This document shows positions 41,224 through 51,342 of a stretch of DNA of 64,000 nucleotides, piece after piece; the stretch's first letter is position 1; the number at the start of each line of letters is the position of its first letter. The translations under genes were made by a program, and so were the position numbers. Location of the stretch: positions 10,059 to 74,058 of the forward strand of contig JAYRII010000014.1 in NCBI GenBank assembly GCA_041906885.1. Reading direction: 5' to 3'. The DNA is from Candidatus Saccharimonadia bacterium. Lineage in GTDB: Bacteria > Patescibacteriota > Saccharimonadia > CAILAD01 > CAZGYV01. A model generated the notes under the pieces. It saw only the letters and a list, made by a program, of their open reading frames with translations. It made no database searches and was not told the origin of the DNA.

Positions 41224-41660
41224 ACCCATTTCTCATCATTGCGCCGATCATCACGGCTGCTTGTTTGGTGACCATGCTGTTGTTTTTGATCATCAAACTG
41301 ATCGACACCCTGCTCGACCTGCGCGCTCCATGCATCGGAATCCGCCTGGTTGTCATACCTGAGATAGCAAAGATACTTCAAGTATCGGAGGAAAACCAGG
41401 TGTATGATCTGGGAAGTAGTGACTAGCAAGTCTTGATTGGGCTGGGCAAAAGCATTGCCCATGACCTAATCGATATTGGCATTACAGAAGTCGCAGACCT
41501 GAAAGGCAAAGATCCGGAAGATTTGTTTGCGAGGTCAAACAGTCAGGTTGGCTCGATTCAAGACCGCTGCCTACTCTATGTCTTCCGTTGTGCTATCTAC
41601 TATGCCGAAGGTGGCAGGGAGCCAAATAAGCTCAAGTGGTGGAATTGGCAGGATGGATAA
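41220..41660 (+). pseudogene. Chimeric remnant: N-terminus of a membrane-anchored SAM methyltransferase joined in-frame across a TAG to a Cdd1/helix-hairpin-helix protein
   Basis: VYDLGSSD* resembles SAM motif I; the same frame continues QVLIGLGKSIAHDLIDIGI..LKGKDPE..DRCLLYVFRCA..KWWNW. Confidence 0.6.
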
Positions 41661-41737
41661 TGGTGCATCGACGGCACAAAAACGTACAGACAGCAGGGGT
41701 TGTTGCTATATATCATGAATTAATTAATGATATGTGG

Positions 41738-42220
41738 TCAAAAAGTAAGGCTGGAGAAGCCATGCCCATAGTTTATCAACGCCAAAACCATTACTACTAA
41801 AGTAAAAAAAATTATATAAATTATACCGAATATAGACCACTTATTTTGCACATCTTTGAATTGCGCTATGCTTGTCCATTTTCTTGATCTCCACGCCCAT
41901 TCATTGCCCTTCAGACCAAAGTATACCGTACATATTATGTAGAGCACGTCAGAAACCCAATAGGAGAATGGCCATATTATCAGGATTAGGAGCTGTATCA
42001 ATGCACCGAGCCAAACCTTATTGCCTAAGCACCAAACCGGGCCGGCCAGAGCAGCCCCTGCGTTAAACCCCTTTAGCTCTGTGGGAAAAATACTCTCTTT
42101 TCCGCGCCCCGAGCTTGATGCAGTGATTGCATTCGCCAGCTCATCAACACTAGCTTGGCCAGAGCCATACTGGAGCTGAGGGCTTTCAGGACTATCAACG
42201 ACTGGCTGAAATTTCTCCAT
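41738..42220 (-). CDS. Membrane protein (DUF2628-like)
   Basis: FNAGAAL.GPVW.LGNK, GLKGNEWAW, FKDVQNKW. Confidence 0.75.
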   Translation of the reverse strand: MEKFQPVVDSPESPQLQYGSGQASVDELANAITASSSGRGKESIFPTELKGFNAGAALAGPVWCLGNKVWLGALIQLLILIIWPFSYWVSDVLYIICTVYFGLKGNEWAWRSRKWTSIAQFKDVQNKWSIFGIIYIIFFTLVVMVLALINYGHGFSSLTF

Positions 42221-42257
42221 ACTGTCAATAGTATCATATTAGAGGACTGCTTGACTT

Positions 42258-42917
42258 CTATTTCTTAGCCGCCACGGCACCCCAGACACTCCTAGCACCC
42301 GCACTTTTCAACACCCTGGCGCACTCCGACATTGTCGCACCGGTAGTAAGCACATCGTCAATCACCAGCAGCCGCTTGCTCTCAATGGGCACCGGCAAAA
42401 CCACAAAATTATTTCGGATCATCTCAAAACGCTCCCGCCGCGTAAGCTTAGTCTGAGGGCTATGCTTGGTCCTCAGTAGGGTTTCGCCATAATCAAGCCC
42501 AGTCAATTTGGCTATTTCCCGCGCCAAAAGCTGAGCTTGATTGTAGCCACGTTGGCGCAAAGAAGCTCCGTCACTCGGCACATAGGTGACCATGTCGAAC
42601 TTACTCGTATCAACATTCTCTGCCATTGCACCGGCTAAAAACCGAGCTGCACTCCTGTCAGACTGATATTTGAGCCTGTAAACCAGCTCTTTGGCGGCTT
42701 CTTCAAAACGAAAAGCCACCAACACTCCAGATAGATCTGTTTTGCGACGACAGTTTGGGCAAGTTTTGCTGCCATGGCTGATTTTATTACAGCTATAGCA
42801 GGTTGGCGTGCGCCCTATCAGGTGAGAAGTCGAGCAGTCAGGGCATATTAATTTATCCCTCTGGCCACAAACAACGCAACTTGGTGGCACAATTACATCT
42901 ATCAATTTAGACAACAT
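42258..42917 (-). CDS. comF: Competence protein ComF (Zn-ribbon + PRTase)
   Basis: CxxC pairs, LKY, RGYNQA, LVIDDVLTTGAT. Confidence 0.95.
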   Translation of the reverse strand: MLSKLIDVIVPPSCVVCGQRDKLICPDCSTSHLIGRTPTCYSCNKISHGSKTCPNCRRKTDLSGVLVAFRFEEAAKELVYRLKYQSDRSAARFLAGAMAENVDTSKFDMVTYVPSDGASLRQRGYNQAQLLAREIAKLTGLDYGETLLRTKHSPQTKLTRRERFEMIRNNFVVLPVPIESKRLLVIDDVLTTGATMSECARVLKSAGARSVWGAVAAKK

Positions 42918-42989
42918 ATCCTTGCAACTATTTATAAGCGTGGCTATAATAGTGAGAAATAGCGTCTAATACAAGCATAAGGAGTAAGT

Positions 42990-43424
42990 ATGGCTCGCAA
43001 GAACAACGAAGCTGAAAATGAAATCTTAGAAGAAGAGTTTCTTGATGAGGGAAATGGTGGTGGCGAAGGCGACTGGATGGGCGAAGAGGAGTTCGAAGGC
43101 CAGCTGGCAGTTGACGTTTATCAAACCAAAGACTCGGTCGTGATCAAAGCTCCGATTGCCGGTGTACGCCCTGAAGACATCGACGTTGCTATATCCGAAG
43201 ACGTGGTGACGATTCGTGGTGATCGCAAAGACGAGCGAGCGGTCGAGAAGGAGCATTACTACGTCCAAGAGTGCTTCTGGGGCTCATTCTCACGCTCTGT
43301 CATCTTGCCAACTTCAACTGTGGCCGAAAAAGCTCAAGCCACCCTCAAAGATGGAGTTTTGACACTCGAGATCCCTAAGGTTATTCAAGACAAAGTCAAG
43401 AAAATCCAGGTTAAGCCAGCATAG
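42990..43424 (+). CDS. Hsp20/alpha-crystallin small heat-shock protein
   Basis: VDVYQT, IAGV.PEDI, WGSFSRSVILP, LKDGVLTLEIPK. Confidence 0.95.
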   Translation: MARKNNEAENEILEEEFLDEGNGGGEGDWMGEEEFEGQLAVDVYQTKDSVVIKAPIAGVRPEDIDVAISEDVVTIRGDRKDERAVEKEHYYVQECFWGSFSRSVILPTSTVAEKAQATLKDGVLTLEIPKVIQDKVKKIQVKPA

Positions 43425-43470
43425 GTCCTTCTACTTTTTACGAGTCCCATCATCCTAGATTCTCCTGCCA

Positions 43471-43566
43471 TGTCATCCTGAACTAGTTTCAGGATCTCTA
43501 TCGTTCCCGTTCCCTCGTCATCCTGAGTGTAATCGAAGGATCTCATCCAGTGGGCTCAGGATGACA
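43471..43566. repeat. GTCATCCTGA-type REP cluster
   Basis: TGTCATCCTGAAC..TTCAGGATCT, GTCATCCTGAG..GAAGGATCT, CTCAGGATGACA between convergent genes. Confidence 0.85.
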
Positions 43567-43575
43567 TAAGCCCTA

Positions 43576-44883
43576 CTACTTTGAGCGTGATATCTCTTGG
43601 CTGACACGATTGTTCGCCGAGCGAACTACTGTCGCCGCATCGAGCCCGCCCAATAGTGCCGCGTGCATATCATAAAAAATTGCGTCAATATTGTGACTAT
43701 TGCCACGATACCAGTTAGTCGAACTTGGTACTTGCCTGGCGAATGGCCCCAGCAAACTGTCACCTTCCTGAGCCTTAGCTAAATCCAATCTACTAGACGG
43801 GCGCTGCGACGAAATCGAGAATTTATTAAGCTCGTCTTTCGAGGAAGCAAAGCGTAAGAAATCCCAAGCCACTTCGCTATTGGTGCTGCTACTACTCACC
43901 ATCTCCGCCCAATACTCGCCCAGGTTGACGGGGCTTTTGCTATTCACCTGAGGCAGGGGAGCGGTTTTAAACTGTAGTTTTGGATTTAATGCCGTAATAC
44001 TAGCCGCTCTATAGGGGTAGTTTATTATCATGGCGGTTTTTTCTTTGGTAAATGCATCAATGCTCTCGCCCAAGCCATCACTCCAGCTATAATTAGACTT
44101 GGTCGAAGTCGCAAAGCTAGAGAAGAATTGAGCCGCCTTAATCCCACCGTAATACCCCTCACCATCTGGTTGGTCAAAGGTAGCTTTAGTTGGCGGCTGA
44201 TCTGTCATCTTGGCCCCGTTTTGCATCATCAAAATCGACTCGATATCCGTCGCTTGGCTGATATTAGGTGAGCCGAGCGCGATGCCAGATTGAGTGATTG
44301 AAGCACCATTTTTTTGGGTTAACTTGTTTGTAGCTGCAATGACGTCTGGCCAGCTCTTGGGAGGATCGATTTTAGCACTCTTAAGAAGTCTTTCGTTATA
44401 AAATACCCCGAGCGTCGAGATACCGTAAGTCAGGGCGTAAGGAACTTTCGAGTTGGTCAGCTCACGAACTGCCTGCGAAGCAAATGTTTTTTCATAATCT
44501 TTTTGGGTAAATACCGTCTCCGGAGCCGCTGCGGCAAACTGTTTGTAGTGTTCGAGCTGGTCATTGCCGACTGTGAACAGGTCGGGTAGCTGCTTGGCAG
44601 CGGCCGCAGCTGACAGCTTAGTATAATATTCGCTGTAAGGGATGACGGTCAGCTTAACCTCGACATTTGGATGAACCTTGCGAAAGTCATCAATGATAGG
44701 GCTAAGAGTGTCCGGCGCATCAATCGTCCGCCAATAGGTAAGTGTCATCGGCGTAGTCGGATATTTGACCTTACTGCTGTTTAGATTCAAATAAATATCC
44801 GACTTGTTGCCAAGCCGATAAGAGAAATAGCCGAGCGCAATCACAGCTACAAGTGTAAAGATCACCAGTCCCTTGTTCTTCAT
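43576..44883 (-). CDS. Extracellular solute-binding protein (sugar ABC type), no permease nearby
   Basis: N-terminal TM, HPNV.V, PDLF, FYN..LL, PPKSW, F...KTAMII, AWDFLRF. Confidence 0.88.
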   Translation of the reverse strand: MKNKGLVIFTLVAVIALGYFSYRLGNKSDIYLNLNSSKVKYPTTPMTLTYWRTIDAPDTLSPIIDDFRKVHPNVEVKLTVIPYSEYYTKLSAAAAAKQLPDLFTVGNDQLEHYKQFAAAAPETVFTQKDYEKTFASQAVRELTNSKVPYALTYGISTLGVFYNERLLKSAKIDPPKSWPDVIAATNKLTQKNGASITQSGIALGSPNISQATDIESILMMQNGAKMTDQPPTKATFDQPDGEGYYGGIKAAQFFSSFATSTKSNYSWSDGLGESIDAFTKEKTAMIINYPYRAASITALNPKLQFKTAPLPQVNSKSPVNLGEYWAEMVSSSSTNSEVAWDFLRFASSKDELNKFSISSQRPSSRLDLAKAQEGDSLLGPFARQVPSSTNWYRGNSHNIDAIFYDMHAALLGGLDAATVVRSANNRVSQEISRSK

Positions 44884-44926
44884 TCTTTTATTTTATCATG
44901 AGCACTTAGTGCAAAGCGAAGCGGCC

Positions 44927-45064
44927 TGTCATCCTAAGCCCGTCAGTCGTCATCCTGAGGCTTGCCGAAGGATCTTCATTCTCGTCACACTGAACTCATT
45001 TTAAGGGTCTTGCGCACGACCAAAACACAGATTCTTCTCCGACAGCTGCCGGATCAGAATGACA
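44927..45064. repeat. GTCATCCTGAG-type REP cluster
   Basis: Three GTCA-starting half sites and AGATTCTTCTCCG..CGGATCAGAATGACA (same right half as 36411-36446). Confidence 0.88.
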
Positions 45065-45102
45065 ATACATCAGCTGGGCGAGCATCCTTCTTGACCGATA
45101 CT

Positions 45103-45381
45103 TTAGAAGCGGCTGATGACAAAATTAATAATCGAGTACGACATGATGGCAACAATAATACCGACTACAGCGTAGAGGACTGTGTCCTTAGCAGCACTGA
45201 CTGACTTTTCGTTGCCGCCAGAGAAGACGTAGCGGAAGCCGCCGATGATTAGCATGATGACAGCCGAGATACCGATCGCTAGCAAGAGAGTATTTGTGAC
45301 GATCTTAATCTGGGCCGGCAGACTGCCATTCAGGCCAGCTCCTTGACCTACCCAGTTTACCCCTGTTTCAATACTATTCAT
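45103..45381 (-). CDS. VirB2/TrbC-like pilin
   Basis: NTLL..IG..AVIMLIIGGFRYVFSGG....V..AKDTVLYAVVG. Confidence 0.88.
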   Translation of the reverse strand: MNSIETGVNWVGQGAGLNGSLPAQIKIVTNTLLLAIGISAVIMLIIGGFRYVFSGGNEKSVSAAKDTVLYAVVGIIVAIMSYSIINFVISRF

Positions 45382-45438
45382 GCCAATATTCTAACATGTC
45401 TAGAGATGTTAGCCGTTAAATACCTAACTAATTAAATC

Positions 45439-45804
45439 TTAGAAACGACCAATGACAAAGTGAACAATGGCATAAGACAATATGGCCACCACCAAACCGA
45501 TGACGGCATAGAGAATGGTGTCTCGAGCTGCACTAATGTTCTTTTCGTTACCTTGAGAGAGGGCAAAGCGAAAGCCGGCAATAATAATTGCAATAATAGC
45601 CACTACGCCGATCATGATCAAGATAGTATTTACGATGTTGGTAATAGACGGCCCGAGCTCAGTCGGAGTGCCAGCTGACTTGGCACAATTCGCGCCACCA
45701 GATGCACCATCAGAAACACTATCGCAAGCCGCTAAAGCTCGCTGGCTTAAGCCAAAAAGGGCAGCACCGGCAAAGGCAGCCAGAGTATTGAGGTGCTTTT
45801 TCAT
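45439..45804 (-). CDS. VirB2/TrbC-like pilin with signal peptide
   Basis: ALA-A cleavage site, Cys pair, AGFRFALSQGNEK..ARDTILYAVIG. Confidence 0.88.
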   Translation of the reverse strand: MKKHLNTLAAFAGAALFGLSQRALAACDSVSDGASGGANCAKSAGTPTELGPSITNIVNTILIMIGVVAIIAIIIAGFRFALSQGNEKNISAARDTILYAVIGLVVAILSYAIVHFVIGRF

Positions 45805-45825
45805 GAAAGCCTTAACTTCCTTAGC

Positions 45826-46182
45826 CTAGAATCGGCCGATTACAAAGTTGACAATAGCATAAGACATGATTGCCACCACGATACCGATGACGGCGTAGAG
45901 AATGGTGTCCTTAGCTCCACTAATGGCTTTTTCATTACCTTGCGAGAAGACATAGCGGAAGCCACCGACAATCAGCATTAGTACCGCAGCCACACCAATG
46001 ACTAGTAAAAGAGTGTTGGTTATAGCCGTAATCTGAGATGGCAGGTCGCCATTTAGTCCGGCACTCTGGCCGGCATAGCCGGCACCTTGCTCTATTTCAC
46101 TGTTGGCGGCCAAAGCTCGCCCAGCTAACATCGGCAGCGTCACACCCGCCGACAAGCTTACTTTTTTTATTAATGAAACCAT
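45826..46182 (-). CDS. VirB2/TrbC-like pilin with signal peptide
   Basis: ALA-A site; GGFRYVFSQGNEK..AKDTILYAVIG; AGAAGGAG RBS. Confidence 0.88.
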   Translation of the reverse strand: MVSLIKKVSLSAGVTLPMLAGRALAANSEIEQGAGYAGQSAGLNGDLPSQITAITNTLLLVIGVAAVLMLIVGGFRYVFSQGNEKAISGAKDTILYAVIGIVVAIMSYAIVNFVIGRF

Positions 46183-46298
46183 TTCTTTGTCTCCTTCTTG
46201 TAGGATTTTTTAGATTAATAATAAAAACTTGGCTTTATTGTAAACGAAATTCTCAACCATGACAATTACTATTTTGCTTATGTTCTGGTTTGGACATT

Positions 46299-46470
46299 GT
46301 ACATCCTGAGTTCTCTCGTGTCATCTTGAGCCCACCTATTGTCATCCTGAGCGCAGCCGAAAGATCTCAGACGAAGAATGACTGTAGATTCTTCCTCTCC
46401 AGTCAAGATTCAAAATTACAACCCACTCCGTCGTCCTGATCCGACAGCCGACGGACGATTCAGAATCTGT
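46299..46470. repeat. Degenerate GTCATCCTGAG-type REP cluster inside the pilin array
   Basis: Several (GT)CATC(C/T)TGAG half sites, GAAAGATCT, AGATTCTTC. Confidence 0.8.
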
Positions 46471-46492
46471 TCCTGCCCGCCAGCACCAAACT

Positions 46493-46795
46493 CTACTTGA
46501 TGTGTGTCAGCACGAAGTTGACAATGGCATAGGCTAGGATCGCCACCACTAGGCCGATGACAGCATACATGATGGTGTCTTTGGCGGTCTTGGTCCTGCC
46601 CGGATCGCCAGCTGAGGTGATATACTGCAGACCGCCGACGATCAATGCAATGACCGAGGCAACACCAACTATCCAGAAAAGAATGTTGGTGATCGAGTTG
46701 ATGATCGAGCCGACAGTGGAGGGTGTGCCGCTTAGCGCCGGTACGCCAATATCACCTTCACTGACGGCTAGAAATATTTTTGTAACTATATACAT
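46493..46795 (-). CDS. VirB2/TrbC-like pilin
   Basis: GGLQYITSAGDP...KTAKDTIMYAVIG. Confidence 0.88.
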   Translation of the reverse strand: MYIVTKIFLAVSEGDIGVPALSGTPSTVGSIINSITNILFWIVGVASVIALIVGGLQYITSAGDPGRTKTAKDTIMYAVIGLVVAILAYAIVNFVLTHIK

Positions 46796-46802
46796 AATAG
46801 CC

Positions 46803-47708
46803 TTATTTTAAATTACCAATGATAAATTTGACAATTGCAATGGCCGATATGGAAATAATCAGCCCTAGTACGGCGTAGCTGATTGTGGCTTTAGCCTTCT
46901 GCAAATTAGTCTGATTGCCGCCCGAGGCGACGTAGCGCAACGCACCGACGATGATAAATACGACCGAGAGTGCGCCTCCAAGATATAAAACAAAGTTAGT
47001 TATGTTGAGGATTAAGCCTTGTATGCTATTTAATGTTTTTCCTGAATCAGGTACTGTAGCCCCAAAGAATTCATCCGGCTTGCCTCCTATACTAATCAAC
47101 ACCAACAATGCCCGCATACTTATCAAGACTACCAAGCTCATGACGGCATTAGTGATCCTGCCCTTGGCTGCCTTGACCGCATCCGGACTGCCCGCCGAGG
47201 TCACCATTTGCACTCCTCCAACTATTATCATCAGCACAATCACTGCGCCCGCCAAACCAACAATCCAGTTGGAAATGCCGACCACATAGCCCATCACTAC
47301 GTTGCTCTGGCTAGGGTCACAGAGCTTTTCAAAGCCATACCCACCTACACCGATCGATTTTTGACTATTATCACTAGGGTCTCGTTCGCCTGGGTCTACT
47401 CCTCCTTGACTAAAACTACCGCAGGTTATATTGTCTCTAGTACCAGCGCCCCCCTCTGTACCACCTTGCCCATTAGTGGAGGTGGGAACTACCCCATTTT
47501 CAAGAAGAGCTTTTTTTCTATCTTTAATGCAGTCATCTCTGTTTACACCCGAGGGAAATCCGTTACAAGCAGCCTCTGCTTGACTCTGGGCCTCTTGGTC
47601 AGATATTGCCAAGGCTCGCTGGGGTGTATAGATTGCTCCCATAACACCGAAGACAAGCACTATCCAAGCAAACACCACCAGGCCAACAATAAGGAGTAAT
47701 TTCTTCAT
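46803..47708 (-). CDS. Tandem two-domain pilin-like protein with Cys-containing N-terminal region
   Basis: Two pilin motifs, GGVQMVTSAGSP..AKGRI and GALRYVASGGN..AKATI. Confidence 0.82.
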   Translation of the reverse strand: MKKLLLIVGLVVFAWIVLVFGVMGAIYTPQRALAISDQEAQSQAEAACNGFPSGVNRDDCIKDRKKALLENGVVPTSTNGQGGTEGGAGTRDNITCGSFSQGGVDPGERDPSDNSQKSIGVGGYGFEKLCDPSQSNVVMGYVVGISNWIVGLAGAVIVLMIIVGGVQMVTSAGSPDAVKAAKGRITNAVMSLVVLISMRALLVLISIGGKPDEFFGATVPDSGKTLNSIQGLILNITNFVLYLGGALSVVFIIVGALRYVASGGNQTNLQKAKATISYAVLGLIISISAIAIVKFIIGNLK

Positions 47709-47900
47709 AATTTCATGATTAATTATCCGTCAGGTCATAGTAAAAGTAAAGCTTACGTTTTATGTGATTATAATGGTTAAATGAATAAAAAATTACACAA
47801 CACGCACTGCAATGAAGTTATTTCAAACAGTCCTTTCGCTATAAATAATCTTGCAATCTATTGCTATACATAAGCAAGTTTGGTGCTATAATTGAGTAAA

Positions 47901-50399
47901 ATGCTACTCAAAATCCTGAAACAAAAATTTTTAATTTCATTTCTCGTGCTATTAAGCCTCGTAGCCTGTAGTTTTATTTTTGCCCCAAAAGCTCTGGCTG
48001 CCAATCGACCAAGTGCATATAAGGCAGATGAACATGTTCGCTGTGCATGGATCAATGCTTGGTTTATACAATGTAGTGGCATTAATTACTTGTATGATGT
48101 TCAGGCTTCGAAAGAGTCAAATACAGATACATTTAGGCCTCAATCCGGTGATATAGCACGACATGGTTACGTACACATTACTCAATATCATGCAGAAGGC
48201 AAAGACGATTTTGTCATCAATACCGACAGGACAAGCCTTGTAGCACCCGGTAACCTCGATCCTAAAAATTTTGATTTCACAGGTAGCGATAAACGCAATA
48301 CTAACAACAAGGGTAATATTGACAGCGCGCAAGGTCCAATCTCATCAGAGGCTAAGAGCGGCAAAGATGAGGAAAGAAACAAGCTGTGTAGCATAATAAA
48401 CACAGCTGAAGGCTGTCTAAATGCATGGGATGGTCAACCCAACAATGGGTTAGATGGCTTTGTTTCTCTTTATGGACAAAGTCAATCCGCACTGGATGCA
48501 GAAAGAGACTGTGGGGATAATTCATCTCTTAATTTCATCACCTGCCCGATATTCAATATGGTCAATAAAACGATTGGCAAATTAATCGGTAGTGATGGTA
48601 GTGGCAAAGGCTTGCTAATAGATATGTTTTACGTCAGACCGCTTTCGTTTCAAAGAACAACAGACGCTAATGGTCAAGACTCCAACCCACTCTACTCTGT
48701 TTGGGATAATGTAAAGAATATAGCCCTGAGCGTATACGTCTTTATTTTCTTGATTGTTATATTTTCTAACTCTATGTCGCTTGGCATTGATGCCTACACC
48801 ATAAAGAAGACCTTACCTAGGCTTTTTGCAGCCGCGATTTTTACCCAATTCTCATTTTTATTTCTAAATATCGCTATAGATATGAGTAATGTTATTGGCA
48901 TTGGCTTGCCTAGTTTTGTGTTGGCTCAAGGCCCTAAAACATTCACCCTCAATATCTCTGGTATATGGGGAGGGGCAGCGAGTGTTGTATCGTTTTTACT
49001 AATTCTGATCCTTGCCATAATGGCTCTCTTTAGCCTGATAGTAGCTCTAATTACGATTGTCGCCAGACAGCTAATAGTTTTTGCGCTTGTTATTACGGCA
49101 CCGATTGCAATTGCCTGCTGGGTACTTCCAAATACTCAAAAGATTTTTAAAAAATGGTGGAATAATCTGTGGAGAATCTTAGCAATGTTCCCAATCGCGA
49201 CCGGCTTGATTGCGGTTGCTATTTTGTTCTCCCGAGTTACAGGCCACCAAACAGATGTCAATGGAAATCACATAAGCTCTTTGGCGCAGCTCGCTGGTGC
49301 TATGGCTCCCCTTATCGCCCTAGCTATCCTACCTAAAACTTTCAAATGGGGAGGAGATTTTGTCGCCGCAGCTACTGGTGCTGCAGCCGGCTGGGTTGCT
49401 CGTGGACAATCTGCCTCGTTTAAGAAGGGTAAGGACGTGGGCAAGGCTGGATTGGGTGGTGCTAGAGATAGAGTTGCCTTAAATGCTGGCAATAGCAGAT
49501 TCCTTCATGGTATATCGGGAGGAGGATGGAGGAATAGCTCTCGTAAGAATATGATCAGAAGAGGCCAAAACAAGGGACGTATACTTGGTGAGTACGAAAA
49601 AGCTGCCCAGTATGCTGAAAAAGACCAACTTCGTCAATTAGCTGGCAGTAAAAATAAAGGCATGCAGATGGCTGCGATTGGGCGCATGGCCAAGAAATCA
49701 GACTTAGAAGGACTTACCAGCGTTTTAGCGAGCGGCCAGGTTACTCGAGGGACATATAAGGCAGCAGTCGAACAATACCATGGTGATTTCGACAAGATGC
49801 CTCAGATGCGCTCAGTGGCTTTTGCAGATGAAAAAAGCAGCTCAAGTAGAGCAATCATGACTTCAGTACCCGATGGAAAAGGTGGCACTACTCAAAGACC
49901 AGCCATACAGACGAGCTTCTACGCTGGTATGTCTGGTGAGTCTCTTGCGGGTGCATCGACTGACTCTAAAAAACATATTATGGGTGCTGGGGAAGTATCA
50001 GGTTCAGCAGTAAATCAAATCTTGAGTACACCTGCCCTGGAAGCCAAGTTTAGCTCCGAAGATATAGCAACCTTAAGAGGTCTTGCTGGTGCGACTGGTA
50101 CGACACCATCTGGAACCGCCGGAGGGATGCCAGCACCAGCACCTGGCAGCAGTACACCACCAATCGTGGTTGCACCCACTCCAGCATCAGCTCCCCATGC
50201 ATCAACTTCAAGTACTGGCAGCTCTGAGGTTGTTGCCGAACTAAAACGAATTGGTAGTAAATTAGACGATATTGGCAGCACTCCGCCACCTACTCCTCCT
50301 TCATCACCAGAGCCTCACCGCCATGACCCTTCAAGCGGCACTGACTCCTCTCACCTACCTGGCTCAGATAGCCCGCCACCACCATGGCTCAGAGAATAG
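47901..50399 (+). CDS. VirB6/TrbL-like polytopic T4SS membrane protein
   Basis: Signal peptide; WDNVKNIA, IDAYTIKKTLPRL, APIAIACWVLPNT..FKKW; Pro-rich tail; position before prgI and virB4. Confidence 0.8.
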   Translation: MLLKILKQKFLISFLVLLSLVACSFIFAPKALAANRPSAYKADEHVRCAWINAWFIQCSGINYLYDVQASKESNTDTFRPQSGDIARHGYVHITQYHAEGKDDFVINTDRTSLVAPGNLDPKNFDFTGSDKRNTNNKGNIDSAQGPISSEAKSGKDEERNKLCSIINTAEGCLNAWDGQPNNGLDGFVSLYGQSQSALDAERDCGDNSSLNFITCPIFNMVNKTIGKLIGSDGSGKGLLIDMFYVRPLSFQRTTDANGQDSNPLYSVWDNVKNIALSVYVFIFLIVIFSNSMSLGIDAYTIKKTLPRLFAAAIFTQFSFLFLNIAIDMSNVIGIGLPSFVLAQGPKTFTLNISGIWGGAASVVSFLLILILAIMALFSLIVALITIVARQLIVFALVITAPIAIACWVLPNTQKIFKKWWNNLWRILAMFPIATGLIAVAILFSRVTGHQTDVNGNHISSLAQLAGAMAPLIALAILPKTFKWGGDFVAAATGAAAGWVARGQSASFKKGKDVGKAGLGGARDRVALNAGNSRFLHGISGGGWRNSSRKNMIRRGQNKGRILGEYEKAAQYAEKDQLRQLAGSKNKGMQMAAIGRMAKKSDLEGLTSVLASGQVTRGTYKAAVEQYHGDFDKMPQMRSVAFADEKSSSSRAIMTSVPDGKGGTTQRPAIQTSFYAGMSGESLAGASTDSKKHIMGAGEVSGSAVNQILSTPALEAKFSSEDIATLRGLAGATGTTPSGTAGGMPAPAPGSSTPPIVVAPTPASAPHASTSSTGSSEVVAELKRIGSKLDDIGSTPPPTPPSSPEPHRHDPSSGTDSSHLPGSDSPPPPWLRE

Positions 50400-50417
50400 T
50401 GCACGCGAGAATATCAT

Positions 50418-51281
50418 ATGGGTCAATATAAAGTTCCACAAAATGTAGAGACAGAAGACAAAATCCTTGGTCCGTTTTCGATCAAGCAATTTGTCTATCT
50501 TGTGATCGCCCTGATGTGGGGCTTCCTCATGTGGCGCATCTTTGGCTTTTTCTTGCCGATCGCCATTCTGCTAATTCTGCCCGTCAGCGGCATCTTTATC
50601 GCTCTGGCAGTCGGCAAGCGCGAGGAGCAGAGCTTCGAAAATTACTTTATCGCTTTTGTCCGGTTTATGGTCTTGCCGCGCAAACGAATTTGGCAAAAAG
50701 ACGACACCAAGGATATTGTCAAAATTATCCCCAAGGCTCCACCCAAGCCCGAGGAGGCCAAGCCGCCCAATCCCGAAGAAGTCCGCGGGCAATTGCACAA
50801 GCTAGCTACGATCATTGATTCGCGCGGCCGTTTGCAAAAAAACGAAATGGTCCAAGTCCAAGATGTCGGCTACCAAAACGCTGAGCTGGCCAGCCGGGTG
50901 ATTGATCCTATGGCCGAGTCGCACGAAGTGATTAACCCGCAAGCTATCGCCATGAAAGACGATATGCTCGATACCCAAAACAGTGACAAAGCTGCTGCCG
51001 TCGGGCAGATGCTTGAAAATGTCGAGCACGACGTCCGCGCTCAAGCCGTCGAAAATATGAAAAAAGCCCAGTCTGCGCCGGCCAAGCCAAGCCATCATCA
51101 GGCAACACCACAAGAGCACCAGGCGGCCAAAAGTAAAGCACAAGCAGGATCGCCAAATCCGCAGGCTGCTGGTATAATTGAGTTAGCGATGCGCAAAGAG
51201 CCAGTTACGGTTGCCCAAATCGCAAATCGCGTCTCAAATGAAGTTACACTTTCGCCGGGCAAAACCGTCAAGTTGCGCTAG
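50418..51281 (+). CDS. PrgI family protein (VirB3-like)
   Basis: YKVPQNVETEDKILGPFSIKQF, two TMs, PRKRIW. Confidence 0.9.
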   Translation: MGQYKVPQNVETEDKILGPFSIKQFVYLVIALMWGFLMWRIFGFFLPIAILLILPVSGIFIALAVGKREEQSFENYFIAFVRFMVLPRKRIWQKDDTKDIVKIIPKAPPKPEEAKPPNPEEVRGQLHKLATIIDSRGRLQKNEMVQVQDVGYQNAELASRVIDPMAESHEVINPQAIAMKDDMLDTQNSDKAAAVGQMLENVEHDVRAQAVENMKKAQSAPAKPSHHQATPQEHQAAKSKAQAGSPNPQAAGIIELAMRKEPVTVAQIANRVSNEVTLSPGKTVKLR

Positions 51282-51342
51282 TCCCTCGAAGTGGAGTAAG
51301 ATTAAACATTAGCATTAATAATGCCTGCTGAGTAATTTTCCT

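Noticed and set aside
45103-46182. Diversity-generating retroelement template/variable repeat pair among pilins
   Set aside because: Differences between paralogues are not adenine-specific and there is no reverse transcriptase in the window.
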